From: Trichoplax sp. H2
Lineage: Eukaryota
NCBI GenBank assembly: GCA_003344405.1
Contig: NOWV01000159.1
Span: 124,001 to 181,153, forward strand
Direction of reading: 5' to 3'
Length of the DNA: 57,153 nucleotides
Below are positions 27,101 to 41,271 of this stretch, one piece after another; the stretch's first letter is position 1, and every line of letters starts with the position of its first letter. Position numbers and translations under genes: made by a program. Below the pieces are notes generated by a model. That model ran no database searches. It saw nothing but the letters and a program-made list of their open reading frames with translations, and was not told the DNA's origin.

Positions 27101-30100
27101 CAACATAAAACCTACTTACTCTGTTTAGAAAACTCTTTATAAACTTCATCTCGATGAAAAGCGAAGCTATAAAACTGTAGTAGATCAGATGAAGATTGAG
27201 TTAGAGTTAGCAGAGCGGAAGTTGAAAACTGCTGAAGTTGAATTTAATAGTTTACAGGTGACATTATTCTGGTTTTAAACGTTTGCCCTACCACTAAATT
27301 AAGATTTATTTCAAATTTTGAATTCGTGTCCATACAAGTAGAAAATAGTGAATGAGCTTCATGAAGGAAGCAGCGATAAAACAATTATCCAGCAACAAAG
27401 GGAAATTTTAAAACTTCGCATAAACGAAGAAAACAACTTGCGAAACATATCAGTTTTAGAAAAGCAATTTGAGAATGAAGCAAAGGTTATTACAGTACAT
27501 TGAATTATTCTATATTAAAATCGTAGCGATTCTTTTGTGTATATTTGACATTCGTATGAACAACGTATAAAATATACATCTATCGACTTACGATGAAATA
27601 ATAAGCAAATAGAAACTTTAAGACGCGAATCTACTTTATATGAAAAATTTACGTTGGACAGAATTTCTTACTTGCAACGATATAAAGTAAGGCGTGGTGA
27701 ATGAGTGTTTTTGGTTATCTCATTAACGTATTATTAAATCCGTTCCTATGCTGTATAACTAAAATGCAAGTATATAAATATAAATAGGAAAGAGCAAAAT
27801 ACAAAATTAAGCGTCTTACAGACTATTGTTCAAGTGACAACCACATCGAAGACTATGAATTGCTGAGTCGTCAATATTCGGAACTCATGAACAAATACAG
27901 GCACTTATTACAGAAAGATATTACCCGAAAACGTTTAGAAGAAGCGATTGCGGAAGTAGGTTTATAATAATTAGGTCGAATACCTTTATTTTAATTTTGC
28001 AACAGATTTATTAAAGAATCGGTTTTTACGTAATTAGGTGAATGCAAACATAGGCTATAAACAAAATGAAGAAATGAGAAGATTAATATATATTCAACGA
28101 CAGCAAATAAATGAAAATGCCCACATCCTAGACTCCTTGATAGCAGATGGTAAACTACTGAAAAATTCATACTACTCATAACCTCTGGCAACCTGTCCGA
28201 ATAGTAGAGTAGGAAAGAAAAATACTGTAAGAAATATTGCTAATGTCATTTGTTTATAGGTCTACTATCTAAAGCCGAATTTGTTCAAATGAAAGAGAGT
28301 GTGGAAACGTATAATGTAACTACAAAACTGACTTCTGTGGAAAACAAAGTAATTTAAGGCATTGAGGGTTTAAGCGATAAATCAATTCAAGAAACCAAGC
28401 AACTACATTAATAAAATTTTTTTGTTTAGCTTCAAACAGAAACTCAGCGGTCTGACTTCCTAGATGCACAAAATAGAAAACTGAAACAAATGGTTGATTT
28501 ACTCGAAAAAAGAAATTGCAATTTAGAACAAGAACTGGAAGAAGTAAAATGCGGCATTACAGCGCTTTAAGTCTACACTGTTGTATACTGTATATTGTAT
28601 AGTATACTATTGATTAGTTTACTCTTTCGTACAGTGGCATGTCACAATTAATATCCATAAATTCAAAGATGGATGTTATTTTAAGGTTTGCCTTTCGGTT
28701 ACAGGTATCACAATTGAACCTAAAGTTACGAATTAATATCGAGAGCTCAGAAAAAGATGCATGTAATGTTCACTATTTACTAATAGTAGTTAGATAGAAC
28801 TTACTGTAGGTGTTCAACTTACGCGTGTAATGTGAGGCATGTTATTTAGATTAATAAAATAATCTGTCCGAGCTATTGGAATGACTTATTCTATTCCATT
28901 TCTACAAAAAATTGCACACTAATTTGCTGAACAGTGAATCTTAATGAGCCGCTACCAGGAAATCGCGAAAAAGTAGAAAGCATAGAGTTAGCTGAATGCA
29001 AGCTTAAAGATGAAATTATTCGTCTAAGAAACGAAGTTGAGATAGCAAACAACCAAACCGAATGTATGAAGACTTTATATACTGCAAGTCAAGCCGATTT
29101 ATCGTCTCTTCAAAAACAACTTCGTGATGGAATCCAATTTAGTGATGATAAAGCTTTAATAGGTTTAATTATGTAATATATCGTTGGCCTGCTAATTCTT
29201 TAGAACTTCGTAATCTTGATTTATGCCGATAATAAAATATTAATCATTCTTTTCTGTTAAATTCTAGCCAAATTATATCATCAACTTTCAACCGTACAAC
29301 TAAGCGACGCTGTTACAAATAAGAAATTAGAAACGATGCAGCAGAGAGTAAACTTGATTTACCTTTAAACTGGTTAACCAGTTGTGAGTCTTTTAATAGT
29401 CATCTTTATAAAAATGTAATTATTGATCAACAGATATCAAAGTCGGAAGGAAAAATTTTAGTGCTTGAAAAATCTCTTGACGATAAAGATGATGTAATAA
29501 CTACTATGCAACGTACTTTTAAAAGAAAGCTAGCATTTTACAGAAAACGAATAGTAGTAAGTTACCCTAGAATTTTGTCAGTGGCTTTTCGTGCCAACTG
29601 TTAATTCCTTTCATTAATTAATTTAAAAGGATATGAAAAAAAACGCAGGTTCAGTTTCGATGCAAAAACTAGAACAGCTTCATGAAACATTGGATTCAAC
29701 TATACAGGAGAAGGTTACCTTTAGAAAACAGCTACAGAATGTCAGTATATTGGCTTCTTCATGACACTTCATGTCCTGTAAAAAATTTTCCGGTTTTTGT
29801 AATATTAGTCGTAATTTATTGTAGGAATTAGAAGCAAATAAGCAATTAGAAGAAAAAATTGAAGAATTAAACATAAAATGTTCACTGCTTCCTGAAATTG
29901 GGAGTAATGATCGTGCATTTGATAAAGTACGGCTACGGCTATTTGCGTATTATTATAATGTAACAATTAAGTTAAGATAGCCAAGTTATCAAAATGAAAT
30001 TTGTAACGCACCCACTTAACACAGCTCCGAAAAACTGATATCCATATTTTTCATTTATTTTACAAGGTAAATAAGTTGAACAATATTATAACAGAATTAC

Positions 30101-33100
30101 GGCTAAATGAGTTTAAGCAGACTAGAGTGCTTGATGTTCTACAAAAAAAGGTATCTGTGATGGAAATCGGAATAATAGAAATAACATAGAGGCTTAAACG
30201 GCAAAGCTTATTCTTGCTTTATTGGTTTCGACACAAGAATTAGTTTTTTCGAAAATCTAACATTCTATTGCTTTGTGAACCCTTTTGTATCTACTCTTAA
30301 CTTATCTAGCATATTATACTGTACTGTACTGTATATTGTGAGCTATCTGAGAATATTTGTCATAATTATGTCATTAATTGTATTACAATATAAATACATA
30401 GTTCGAGACAATGCTAAGAGCCATACTAGAGCAAATGATATTTAGTCTACTTTAACTAATTCAAGACAATATCTGTAAAAAATTTCTTTTTGTGCGCATC
30501 ATTAAAATTTGGATATTTTCGGAATAATTTGTGAACAGGATGCATACCAATGCAAATTACTCGAAGACAACGAAAAGCAATTAGTTAAGATGGGTGAAGA
30601 AAAAGCAGAACTTCAAAATGTTAGTTTATTGGCTTTACAAAGCGTATATTGAAATGTGTTAAATGCAAATATTTTAAACGGTTTTGTTTATAGCTTTATT
30701 AAAGGAATTCATGTAGTAACGATCACTAAATAAATTTATGTAATCCTTTAGTATATTAATATACTTTTAGCGTTAGCTTGCTGCTATTCATACATTATGT
30801 AATGTGGCATTTTAATTGTTCGCTTGGAAAAACAGAAACTTCAATATGTTTGGCTTGAATATGAAGATCGTGAAATTGCTTTGGAAAATAAAATTCAATC
30901 GTTGGAAAGCAGGATAGAATCCTCTAACGAAGCAGCAGTACATATGCATGAAGAATCAGCTATATTAAAGATTGATAGATCCAAGCCTATCTCAGAACAA
31001 TTAGATCTTGCCTTGAGACAATCTAAGAATTATATTACCATTATTTTACAGTTGAAATCTCAACTAAAGTCACAAAAGAAGGTATGAATGTTGCAACAGT
31101 AACAGTAAATTTATTAAATCGAAGTAATTACTTGACACGAAACGTAACTTACTTTTTGAAGGAATTCGATACTTTAACAAAAGATATGAAAGCGTGTAAC
31201 GAGAAGTTACTTCAAAAAGAACAGGTGATTTAGGGAGAGTTTTGAGAAGACAACTATTAAATATTGTCGTAACCAAGAAGATAACTCCAGTATTTTAATG
31301 AGATTTAATTGATTTGAAAATTAATTAAAAGTTTTGTCCGGTAGGAATTAAATGAAATTCGATTACAATTTCCATCGAATTACCGTACTTCCAACTCAAG
31401 ATCAGGTAACAAAAACGACAAAGAACTAGATATACAGCAAAATTCCGAAATAAATCCAGCCATAGAAACGATATCTGCCTTGCAGGTGAGCTATTTCTTT
31501 TAAGTGGTATGTTGGCAAGAGCTTAACTGTGAGGTATCTTATTTATCTGAAGACACTATTGAAACAGAAAGATATAACGATCGAAAAATATAAAAATAAA
31601 CTAAAAATGATTAGAGAGGTAAGAAATACTTGGTTTACAAAGTGCTCTTCACAAATCCGTTACAATCAATTTCAACTATTTCTTTTAGGGTAGAGAGAAT
31701 AACAGTAGTATTTCCCATACCGACTCGAATCCGCAGGAAAATTTTAAATCACCTCTAAACTTGCAATTTGACGTAAGCCTATGACTGTTAAATTTTTTTA
31801 AATAAAACTTTATATAAGACTTATTTAATATTCTTATTTTTTGCGTCAGCCTGAAAAACCTTTTACTAGTGATCAAAAGCAGGTAACTATGTTATAATCT
31901 ATGCGTAAATTATAGTAAATAAAAACGCTTTAACGCATATGGAATATACAAATTGAGATAGGAAGACACAATACTTCAACAAGAAGATTCTCTGAAAAGA
32001 ATGTCAGAACGCTTATCAACTGCACTCAATGAACTGTCAAACCTTAAAGTAGAAATGAATCAGAGCCGTGCTGCTTTCGAAAAAAAAATCAAAGAGTAAG
32101 ATTAAAGTAGTACATGTACAGATATATTATTAACTGCACATAAAACTGCTACAATATTTTTCGTAAAATTTTAGCAATATTCTAATATGATTAGATTATC
32201 AGATATATGGTCAGAGCTACTTCGATGTATGATTTAATGCAAATAACAATATGCCACTTTCACATTTTGTAGTACACAGAAGGACTATGAAATGAAAATA
32301 TCGGAACTAGAAGAAATTTTACAAAGAAAAGATGTTGCTTTAAGATCTAGAATACAAGAAATAGAATTGTTGAAAGGAGAGGTTAGCAGATTAAAAGCCA
32401 TGGATGCATCCCAGAAGGCAAAAGACATGATTGATAAACTCCGAAAGGAAATTATTACAAAGGAAAAACAGTTAAAGGTGGTGCACCTAAATTAATTATA
32501 TATTTTACTAGCGATAAATGTAAGGGTAAGAAGTTAATATTGATAATATACGTATGTACATGAATAAGCAAAACTTTTGCATTAAAATTTTTAGTCTCTC
32601 AGCAAGGCACTGATGGAACTAAAGCATGAATTAGTTACCTCTTCCGAAAACGACGCAAAATCGTCACCGGTAGAAAGTACTAATGTACAGCAGTTAATTG
32701 AACGTGAAACCATGCCATTAAAAGAGCAAATTGAAGATAAAAATAAAAAAATTATCCATTATAAGAAATTATTGAATGATAAACAAGAAACTGAAGTGCT
32801 CTTAAATTCTGAATTAAGAAAGTACCTGGAGGTATCGTATAATTTTAAAATGTAGGTAATGTAAACTTTAAAAAATTAACTATAATTAAAGAATGGTCAA
32901 ACTTCATTTAGCAATGCAAGTCAAAGGATTCTATGATTGAAAGGCTTCGAAAACATGGGCAAATTAAAGCAGACTTTAAAACTAAACAGGTTACGTCAAA
33001 TATGCTCCGTAGTCGACTGCTTAGCTTTTTTGTCGAGCGAAGAAAAATATTTTAGTGGTCTTGCTCTATCTCTTTTTCGAAAAGTGGAAAATTTGCTATT

Positions 33101-34637
33101 ATTTTGTTTATAGAAAAAGTCTGATCAAGATGAAAGCCCAGACGCCGTCGGAACTTTAAGATCAAACTTTGTTAGTGAAACCGATGCAGCTGTAAGTCTT
33201 AAATTTAAGAATACTTTAAAGAATAAAGCATGGTAAAAACGAACTTAGTTTAAAAATTTAATGGTTTCTCAGGTTTTGAAAAAAAATCGGGATTATTGGG
33301 AGGATAATAAAAACTTGCAGAAGCGAGTTGATAAATTAAAACTAAAACTCGATGAAAAAGACTTTGAATTAAAAGCGGTTATTAAACGAAACGAAATGCT
33401 AACTGAAGCATTTAATAGGTAGCGTAATCTTAATTGAAATCGTCGAGCATTTTTATTTAAAAAGTAATTCTTACGAAACAATACAGCAATTTTTTTTTTT
33501 ATTCTAAGAATAAATCGTGAACGATCCGTAAAATTATCCAGTAAAGATCAAAATAAAGAAATATCGTTACTGCGAACCACCCAGCCGAATAATTCAGCAT
33601 TTACGTACGCCATTTATGCGTAGGAGAAACCAATTTTATGCTATAATGATATGTGCATCACTTGGAAAACATTAACTTGAAATTTTGAAATGTATAATAT
33701 TAGACCAGAACCAAATGAGAACTCTAATAAGGCTATCAACTCAATGAAAAGGATAATTCAAAAGCTGCAGTCTGAAAATGCATTTCTGAGAACTAGATTA
33801 GAAAATCATGAAATAACTTCGGTATAAAAGCTTACCTATTCATGCTGTGCTCGTCATAAAATTAAACGATTAGTTAGGGTTAGCGTTACGACGAGTCTGC
33901 TACAATGTTACATTATTTCAGACTACTACGAATATTTCTTCGCCGACTGTAAGCCCTAAAAAACTGGAAAATTCTTCTTCAGTAGCAAAAATTGTTGGAG
34001 AGAACAATTCTTTAAGAGTTGACAAAAAAAAGGTTACTCATATCTTTAAAATAATACTCTCATCAAACAAAAGTGAATAATTTCTTTAATAAGATTCTTA
34101 GCTGTTGTCAGTTTTTATTGGATATCATTAGATTTTTAAAAATGAAAATATAGCTTAGAACGAATTTTTCATCATAGAAAAATACTATAAATGTTATCTC
34201 GGAGTTTGAGTCACATTGAATTCAAATTTGAAAATTTAAAAAATTTTTAAATATATTTGCGAAATTTATTTTATTAAAAGGAGGTATTAGTGAAATGTCA
34301 GTGCTTTATATCGTTATTTAATATATCATTACCGTTACTACTATGTGTATGAATTGATACAGTCAATTAATTCAATTGAAGAGAAAATTTTTTCTGGAAA
34401 TAGCTCCAAGAAAAATGTACGAGATTATCAGTAGAAATTGGCAGACTAAACGTTGAAAGAGAAGAACTCCAAAATGATTTGAAGCGAATCGTAAGATGAA
34501 AGAAATTCTTCGTTAACATGCAACACTTAAAAACTTTGATATAAATTATAATAAATACTTTTTTGTTTCACTTTTACCAGAAAACAAGATTATTCGATCA
34601 AAACAATTTTGGTCGATCAGGAACCAAAAATGCCTAG
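21181..34637 (+). CDS. CEP290: Centrosomal/ciliary transition-zone protein CEP290 (~55 short exons, roughly 2000 aa, coiled coil)
   Basis: First coding exon 21181-21363 (INWGKLKKI ~ human INWKEIMKV). Diagnostic segments: [30 protein letters not shown] (~24410-24567), INDENEELRSRIGLSP and ALNRVLTGEIERLEEERIQLKK (~24690-24945), SDDKALIAKLYHQL (~29140-29290). Last exons 34404-34490 and 34581-34637 (TAG). Internal boundaries were not all verified. Confidence 0.92.
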
Positions 34638-35339
34638 TAAATCAGATTTGTAATCTATCTGAATAGCCTGGCTATATGACTGTACAGCTACTTTGGATGT
34701 ATTACAAGAATACAGAAAAATTTTTTCGTACGACTTCTTTTAGATTAAAAAAGTATTTAAGAAAGTACACCTTTTACGTCAGTAATTTCTAAAAATTTCT
34801 CACTTATACTGTAACTGATTAAATACAATTAACTTTCATTTCATTTATACATAGTTAATTCTAATTTTAATAACAGTTATGACATCGCCGTCAACATGTT
34901 TATTTTCTGATCATTTCAGAATTTTGACCAACTATTACAAATTAATATTTTCTAGTATTGATATTGCTACGTTTTTAATATCAAATTTAAGCAAGCATCA
35001 GCATTTACAGAAAGCATTTATGACAGAAAATTTTAAGGTACGAGTACATGTACGCATCGTATCTTAGTTTTAAGGCTTTATAGTATACGTATCTCAATTT
35101 TATTCAAAGTTGACATTAAGCACTTAAGGTGACAACACTCGAATATTTCCTAATAGCCATTTAATTCTCGTATGTAGAAGTTTCTATTATCATCTCAATT
35201 ATTAAAATTCTTATAAAAGCCAGTTTTATCTCAATTTGATGCAATTTTTTAAATTTATAGCTTTCCGAAGTAGTATCTTGAGACTTACATTAATGATTTT
35301 GACTATTTTATTTATTTACATATAATGGAGACACAGTAT

Positions 35340-36250
35340 CGTACGTATGACATCAACGGTTCATGCAGGGTATGCCAACGAGTGTTGCTTTTTTAGGATT
35401 TACAGGCTGATCACGATTTCCTTTGAAGGATCAGTGATGGTGTTAGTAGTACTGAAAAGACTAGCTTGTTTCTAAAAGTTGACAGGACATAATTTTAAAG
35501 TAAACTGTTTAATGATTAATGGAAGTACCTATTCACTGTTCTGAAAGTAGCCTTCAATTCTCGACTTCTGGTATAAATGGAGAAATTATAGACTTATTAC
35601 AATCTCTCGAATAATTCCGTCAATACTTGCGTTCGTCTTTATCGATGATAAAACCGCAATAAATAGTAATGCTTATTAGACCATTACCACAAAATCTTCG
35701 TAAAACTCTGGATTGATAGTCTTTGTAAGTTGTAGTTCTTTAGATTTCTATTTTCTCTGGCAAGTATGAATCAAAGTGTAGGTGTCTAGCTGGTTAGTCC
35801 AAACGTTCGGAAGTTTTGATGCTCGAACTATGGTTACCTTTTGGTATTATTCCGCATATTCATATTGAACATAGAATGTCGTATTTTTCATCAAGCTGCA
35901 CATCGACTGATACTATGAAAAATTTAGAGAATTTTTAGTTTCCGGTTGTAATGCGATTATTGTTAGCAGCTTCATTGCAGTCTCCTTATGCATTAATAAG
36001 TGATGTTATAATTATTAGTGATTTCTACGTCCTGACCTAAAACGTCGACTACCTAACCTAACATGAAGGCGCGAAACTGTTGCGATTTTCATAGTGGGCG
36101 TTCTTCCACGAATTTCCAGCTATATATATATAACTATAGTACAGTACTTTTATTTTCTTTTTGAATTTGCAATTCGCATGCAGGAAACCACAAAATATAA
36201 GAAAAGATCCGATTACTGTATAATTTAAATTCAGCCGTTGTCAACAACAA
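35340..36250 (-). pseudogene. Decayed synaptotagmin-like gene (TM + C2A, possibly start of C2B)
   Basis: From 35876 the minus strand reads FYVQYEYAE*YQKVTIVRASKLPNVWTNQLDTYTLI/YLPEKIEI*RTTTYK/TINPEFYEDFV.../FIIDKDE/SIDGIIREIVISL*FLHL. This aligns with the C2A pattern of neighbouring SYT7 ([23 protein letters not shown]...DPF...LLPDK...NLNP...DYD...IGEV) but carries several stops and frameshifts. A hydrophobic+basic stretch VIGSFLIFCGFLHANCKFKKKIK lies at ~36216-36148. Confidence 0.62.
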
Positions 36251-37667
36251 GGCTAAATTTATCTCCTTTGTTAATACCGTTAACATAATGACAAAATAAA
36301 GTTTAAAAAACATTTTTCAAGTCATGTATGCATTAGGTAAATTTATGGGACATCTTAAGAGATACTAGATGATTCGGAAGAATAAACAACGGCAAATTAA
36401 ATTTTGCTATCGGTGTTAATATACCGTTGTTAAGGTTTTTAAGAAGCTTTTTACGTAAACTACAAAGCCGAATCTGAATCAAGCGAATAAAAGTACGAAG
36501 ATAAACTATTTAGCAGTTTAAGTAGACACTACTATAAAGATATATTTTGATACACGATATAATCCATAGCACTTTTCTGAGCAGTGCATATTTAAATACT
36601 CACATGTACTATAGTATATTACGTACAGTATAACACAGCAACTACCTACTATATTAATTCATGGCCAGGGCTCGTAAATATAGTAAAATATAACCTTTTA
36701 GTACCTAACTACGCACACGCAAGTTATGCTAGAAAAATCTTTCCAACGAATATCGCGGGCAGCACAGTACTATCGTGACTTTATAAAATTATTAATGATG
36801 ACTATAATCACGCTCCTATGGGCCCTTTAAGAAGATGTAAACAGTGACTCGGTCAATCAAGAAGTTACGTCATCGCTACAAATATAATCTTTAAATGAAA
36901 ATGATTTGCCATTATAGCTATGACCACCACTACTACATGTCTTACGGACAAACTTGCGAATATACTGTACTTTAAAGAATTAGGAGGAAAGTACTGTACA
37001 GGTACATCGGTATTAATTTATAAAGGTGGTCTATTCATTAATTCAATACTTAGCGTTAAGGTGCTCTTATTATTAATTAGTTCATGAGTATTATTTTACG
37101 TATGCTGTACTAATATTAGGCAATGCAGTAAAATACGTTTAAAATAAGAATTCTTCATCTGGCAAAAATTATGTACACAAATTAAATTTAATTTACTGTC
37201 AACCTTTATTAGGATCTGTAAAGTTACAGTCGGAAATTTTTAATTTTTGAACATTTGGTCAAAACAAGGTGTATCGATAAGGGTAATCGGTGGTCAAGTT
37301 TAGTTATAGAAACCCTGGCATTACATTCTCTGAAATATGAACATAAAAAGCCACATGTTTCAATATTTATTAAATAAATCGCAGTTACGAAACTGCTTTT
37401 TCTAACATAGCTCTCCCTTTCAGAAACATAGGGCGTTATTTTTTATGTTGTACTGTATGATGTGTATGATTTGTAAACTTTTCTGTAGATGGAACATTTT
37501 GATCAAAATTCTCTGTTTTAATTAAGTGTAACAGCAGAGAGGAAAATAGCGAGCAGAGAAAATCGTAAAATTTGATCTATAGGATTGTTAAACAAACGAA
37601 GGAGTATCTACAAATTTAAAATAATAAATTAATATTTATTAACATTGCTGTAGTCATATCGAAGTTT

Positions 37668-40600
37668 TCAAGTATGTATCATATGCCATTTTGCAACTGG
37701 TCGCCTAGGAGATGCTAACATTTCTTTCCAATGTTTTAACTCGTAACCCGTCGCTCGAGTTCCTAGCGAGATATGTCCAAGGCAATCGTTTGCTGATAAC
37801 TTATCATAATCCATCACATGAATAATTAATGAAATATCTCTTAGACGTTCAAATGGTATATTGAACATAAATGATTCATTAAATACGGGATTTAGACTTC
37901 TTCTTTTCACTGTAGTTTTCTTTTTTTCTAATCTTTTATCCCCATACATTAAAGATAGCTTAACGTACGGATCTGTGTGCAAATAGAAAGGTTTGCATTA
38001 CATTTTTACCACATTCCAGCTTTTGAAACTATTAATGACGTACCAGTATAGTGCTTAAGCACCTACCTGTAGACCCTGAAATATCCATGATCTTTAGATT
38101 TCTGCAGCGCATTACAACTATTGTTAAGTCACCGGTGGTTGGATGATAGCATAGCGACAGCAGCAGATCACCTAATTTGCCCTAAGAGAGTGGGTTTTTA
38201 TATGAAAACTGTAATACCATAAATTACTTTGGCATTAAAGGAACTGATAATGAAAATATATTACCAAAACAATGAATACTAACTGAGATCAGTCTACAGA
38301 CAGGTGCTGCTAATATTAATCCGACTTTATAGTTTATATCTAGGGTAATATTTTTATATGCGCCAACAGTATATTAAATAAATGTAGAGTTCAAATTAAT
38401 GGTATGGGGCCACGGTGATGTATACGTATGAGTGAGTACATACTCCATGGCTATGAAAAAAGCGCAGCATAAAATTAATTGGAAAGAATATCTTGTGTTA
38501 TTATAAATAATACCTCAAAATTTTATCGGTAAGCCTCGTTTGGACCGACCATTATAGTGTCAAAAGTACGAATATTTGATTATTAAGGATGACTATGTAA
38601 TTTATTTAATGATACTCTGAAATATATCAAATTAAAAGTCAAAAAATCTACGGACCACTTTTAAAATAACTAAAATTAATTTTTGACTTAAGCGCTATAA
38701 CCACGGAACAGCAGTGCAAGCGTTATTGCACAGTATTATAGGATTTTACAGAACATTATCTCTAAATTAATAATAACGATAATATATCGGCATTATAGGT
38801 ACGGTCATGTTAACGATTATAACAATAAGTATTTTCAATATGATAAAGTAATAATTTGAAATGGCTCACTTACAGAAATTGTAAGACATTCTAAACTATA
38901 TTATGTAGACGCGCTTTCCAATATGTTCAATCTACATAAAGTCATAATTCACGAATAAACTCTTTTTACGAGTATTAGTTATTATGTTATTATATATATA
39001 ATATTCAGTAAACTTAAAATTATACTACGTATCTAAAGATGGCATAACACGGTATCTAATTATTAAACGAATCTGTATGATCCATATAGAAATTTATATA
39101 TAACTGTTATATGATGAAAAAATTTGATTTAGCTATTCTGCGGTGAAATCAATGACTGAGAAGAGTAGTAGCTAAGTTTTCAAGTACAGATTATTGCTAT
39201 CTGCATTCATTTTTAAACACTTCTGGCATTTGAAAAGTGCTATGATGAACGTACGATATAGAAGAAATCGCAATTTGTTACTGGCGTTAAATCTTTATCC
39301 AAGATAACGCTACAGAAAACAGTAACGATTTTATTGTGCTTGGATGGATTAGTTATATAATTATTACTTTAACTTTTCCTTTTTGATAAATACCGAAGGA
39401 GCGTTTTCTAGCAGCTAGATGTTATTTTGATACAGATTTGGCTCTTTGCAAGATATATAGACTTATTACCTGTTATTCCCTAGTGCATAAAGTACATAAG
39501 CCAGGATTGAACGGTTTCGGGAATCTATCAAAAAAGTTGGCCATCTACACCTTGCAAGCAGTTGCTAAAACTTTTGGCTCCATTTTATGTGGTATTCGTG
39601 TGATTATAATCTCATTCTAAAAGTACTATAGGGTTTTGTCATAACTTACTTTGATAATATGTGCTAATTTAATTAGTTCATTGCAGCTGCCAGTGATTTA
39701 TATTGGGCAAATGAATCTACATTCTTGTATACAAGCCCATGAAAATACATAAAGTGTTGCTAAAAAGCAAGTGACAGTAGCAAATTTAACCATTTTTTCT
39801 TGTAAAGTTCTTCAAACTGTGAAGTAATTAGTAGAATTTCTTTTGATCTCGTACGTATGACTCCTACCTAGTAGCGCAATCCCCATTAATAGATATGATG
39901 CTGGAGAGTAACATTTTCAACAGTTGCTGAAGCTGTAATCCGATATTACATATCTTTAAGGCTTTATTATCAAATCTTGAGGAGAAACAGCTTAAAGAAA
40001 TCTAGCGAAGTTAGGTGCATGCAAGCTAATGGATTTCTTTTCTTAGTTTATAACTTATTGATACTACTTTTCCTTCTTTACTTACGCCTATTTATTGAAA
40101 ATGTGTATTTTGGGGGTAAGCAATAGTACCGTGCTTAAACGAAAATGTTAACTTGCTTCTTCGTAACACGTCACTCTTTTAATACTTTCCTGTATATAGT
40201 ATAGTTATACTAATGAAATTGTAAATTGTAATTTTCTGCTTACCAAAATAATTAGTCAGACTTATTTTAGAAGACAGAAAAGTCCGGCTTTATGTCACAA
40301 GTAATGAAAGGTGTTCAATTCATTTATTTGAACTTACCGTTATTAATAGATTCTATAAATTTTATGAGCAATAATCTACGACCTACCGCGTAAATAGGTC
40401 TTTAAGAACTAACAAATCTTTGAAAGGGTTTTTAAATCGCTTACCCGGGAATTACATGGCTGCAGGTCTCTTTTAAACATTACTTCGTCTCCTAATTCTA
40501 TTTCTCCCATATCGAGATTTACTTCACCAATTGGATCATTTCTGGAAAATCTATCATAATCTAAGACCTGCAAGTGAAGTATTCGACTTTGTAACTTGTT

Positions 40601-41271
40601 TGCTGGGAAGCCTTCAAAGGCAAATGTTTCGCCCCACACAGGATTTAAGTTTTTTCTTTTGACTTTAGTAGTGAGTTTATGCTTTTTATCTGGTAACAGC
40701 ATTGTTTTAACAAATGGATCAGAAGTACCACCGAGATCTTTCGCGGGTAAATTAAATGCTCGCATAATTTTAACGATCAACGTCATTTTAGAATAATCAT
40801 AACTTAAAGAAAACTGTATTGAGCCGAGGTCTTCTGATAAAGTTTGTTCTTCTGGCTCCTCTTCTGTTACTTTTGTTACGGTTGGTGCTTGACTGTCGCT
40901 TCCAAGTTTGGCGTATCCTAGCGCTAAATTACAGAGTGTTGAATAAATTTACAAATTATTCTATACAAATAATATTTTCATTAAAAGTGAAACTACATCG
41001 ACTAATCTAATATTGAAAGATAAGCAGCAGTAACTCGTTATTTATTACCTTTCACGGATTGTGAACTTAGTTGCGTATTATTTGAAGAATTTGTAGTATT
41101 GTGTATTTTTTGATATTTTACTTTATTCATAAAATTTGTCGTAAAATTTTGACGCGATGATCCACGACTGCTATTTGACTTTCGTCGCTTAAAACACCAA
41201 GTGCATGACACTAATAGAATTAACATAACAGCAGAGCAGCTACCACTGATGATAACGGAGAGAGCATTCAT
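37668..41271 (-). CDS. SYT7: Synaptotagmin-7, 371 aa
   Basis: Exons 41271-41049, 40917-40445, 38181-38067 and 37972-37668. C2[38 protein letters not shown]...FEGFP...[18 protein letters not shown] is near-identical to vertebrate SYT7. C2B: MDISGSTDPYVK...[14 protein letters not shown] probable 5'UTR exon ends at the donor near 41511. Confidence 0.95.
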
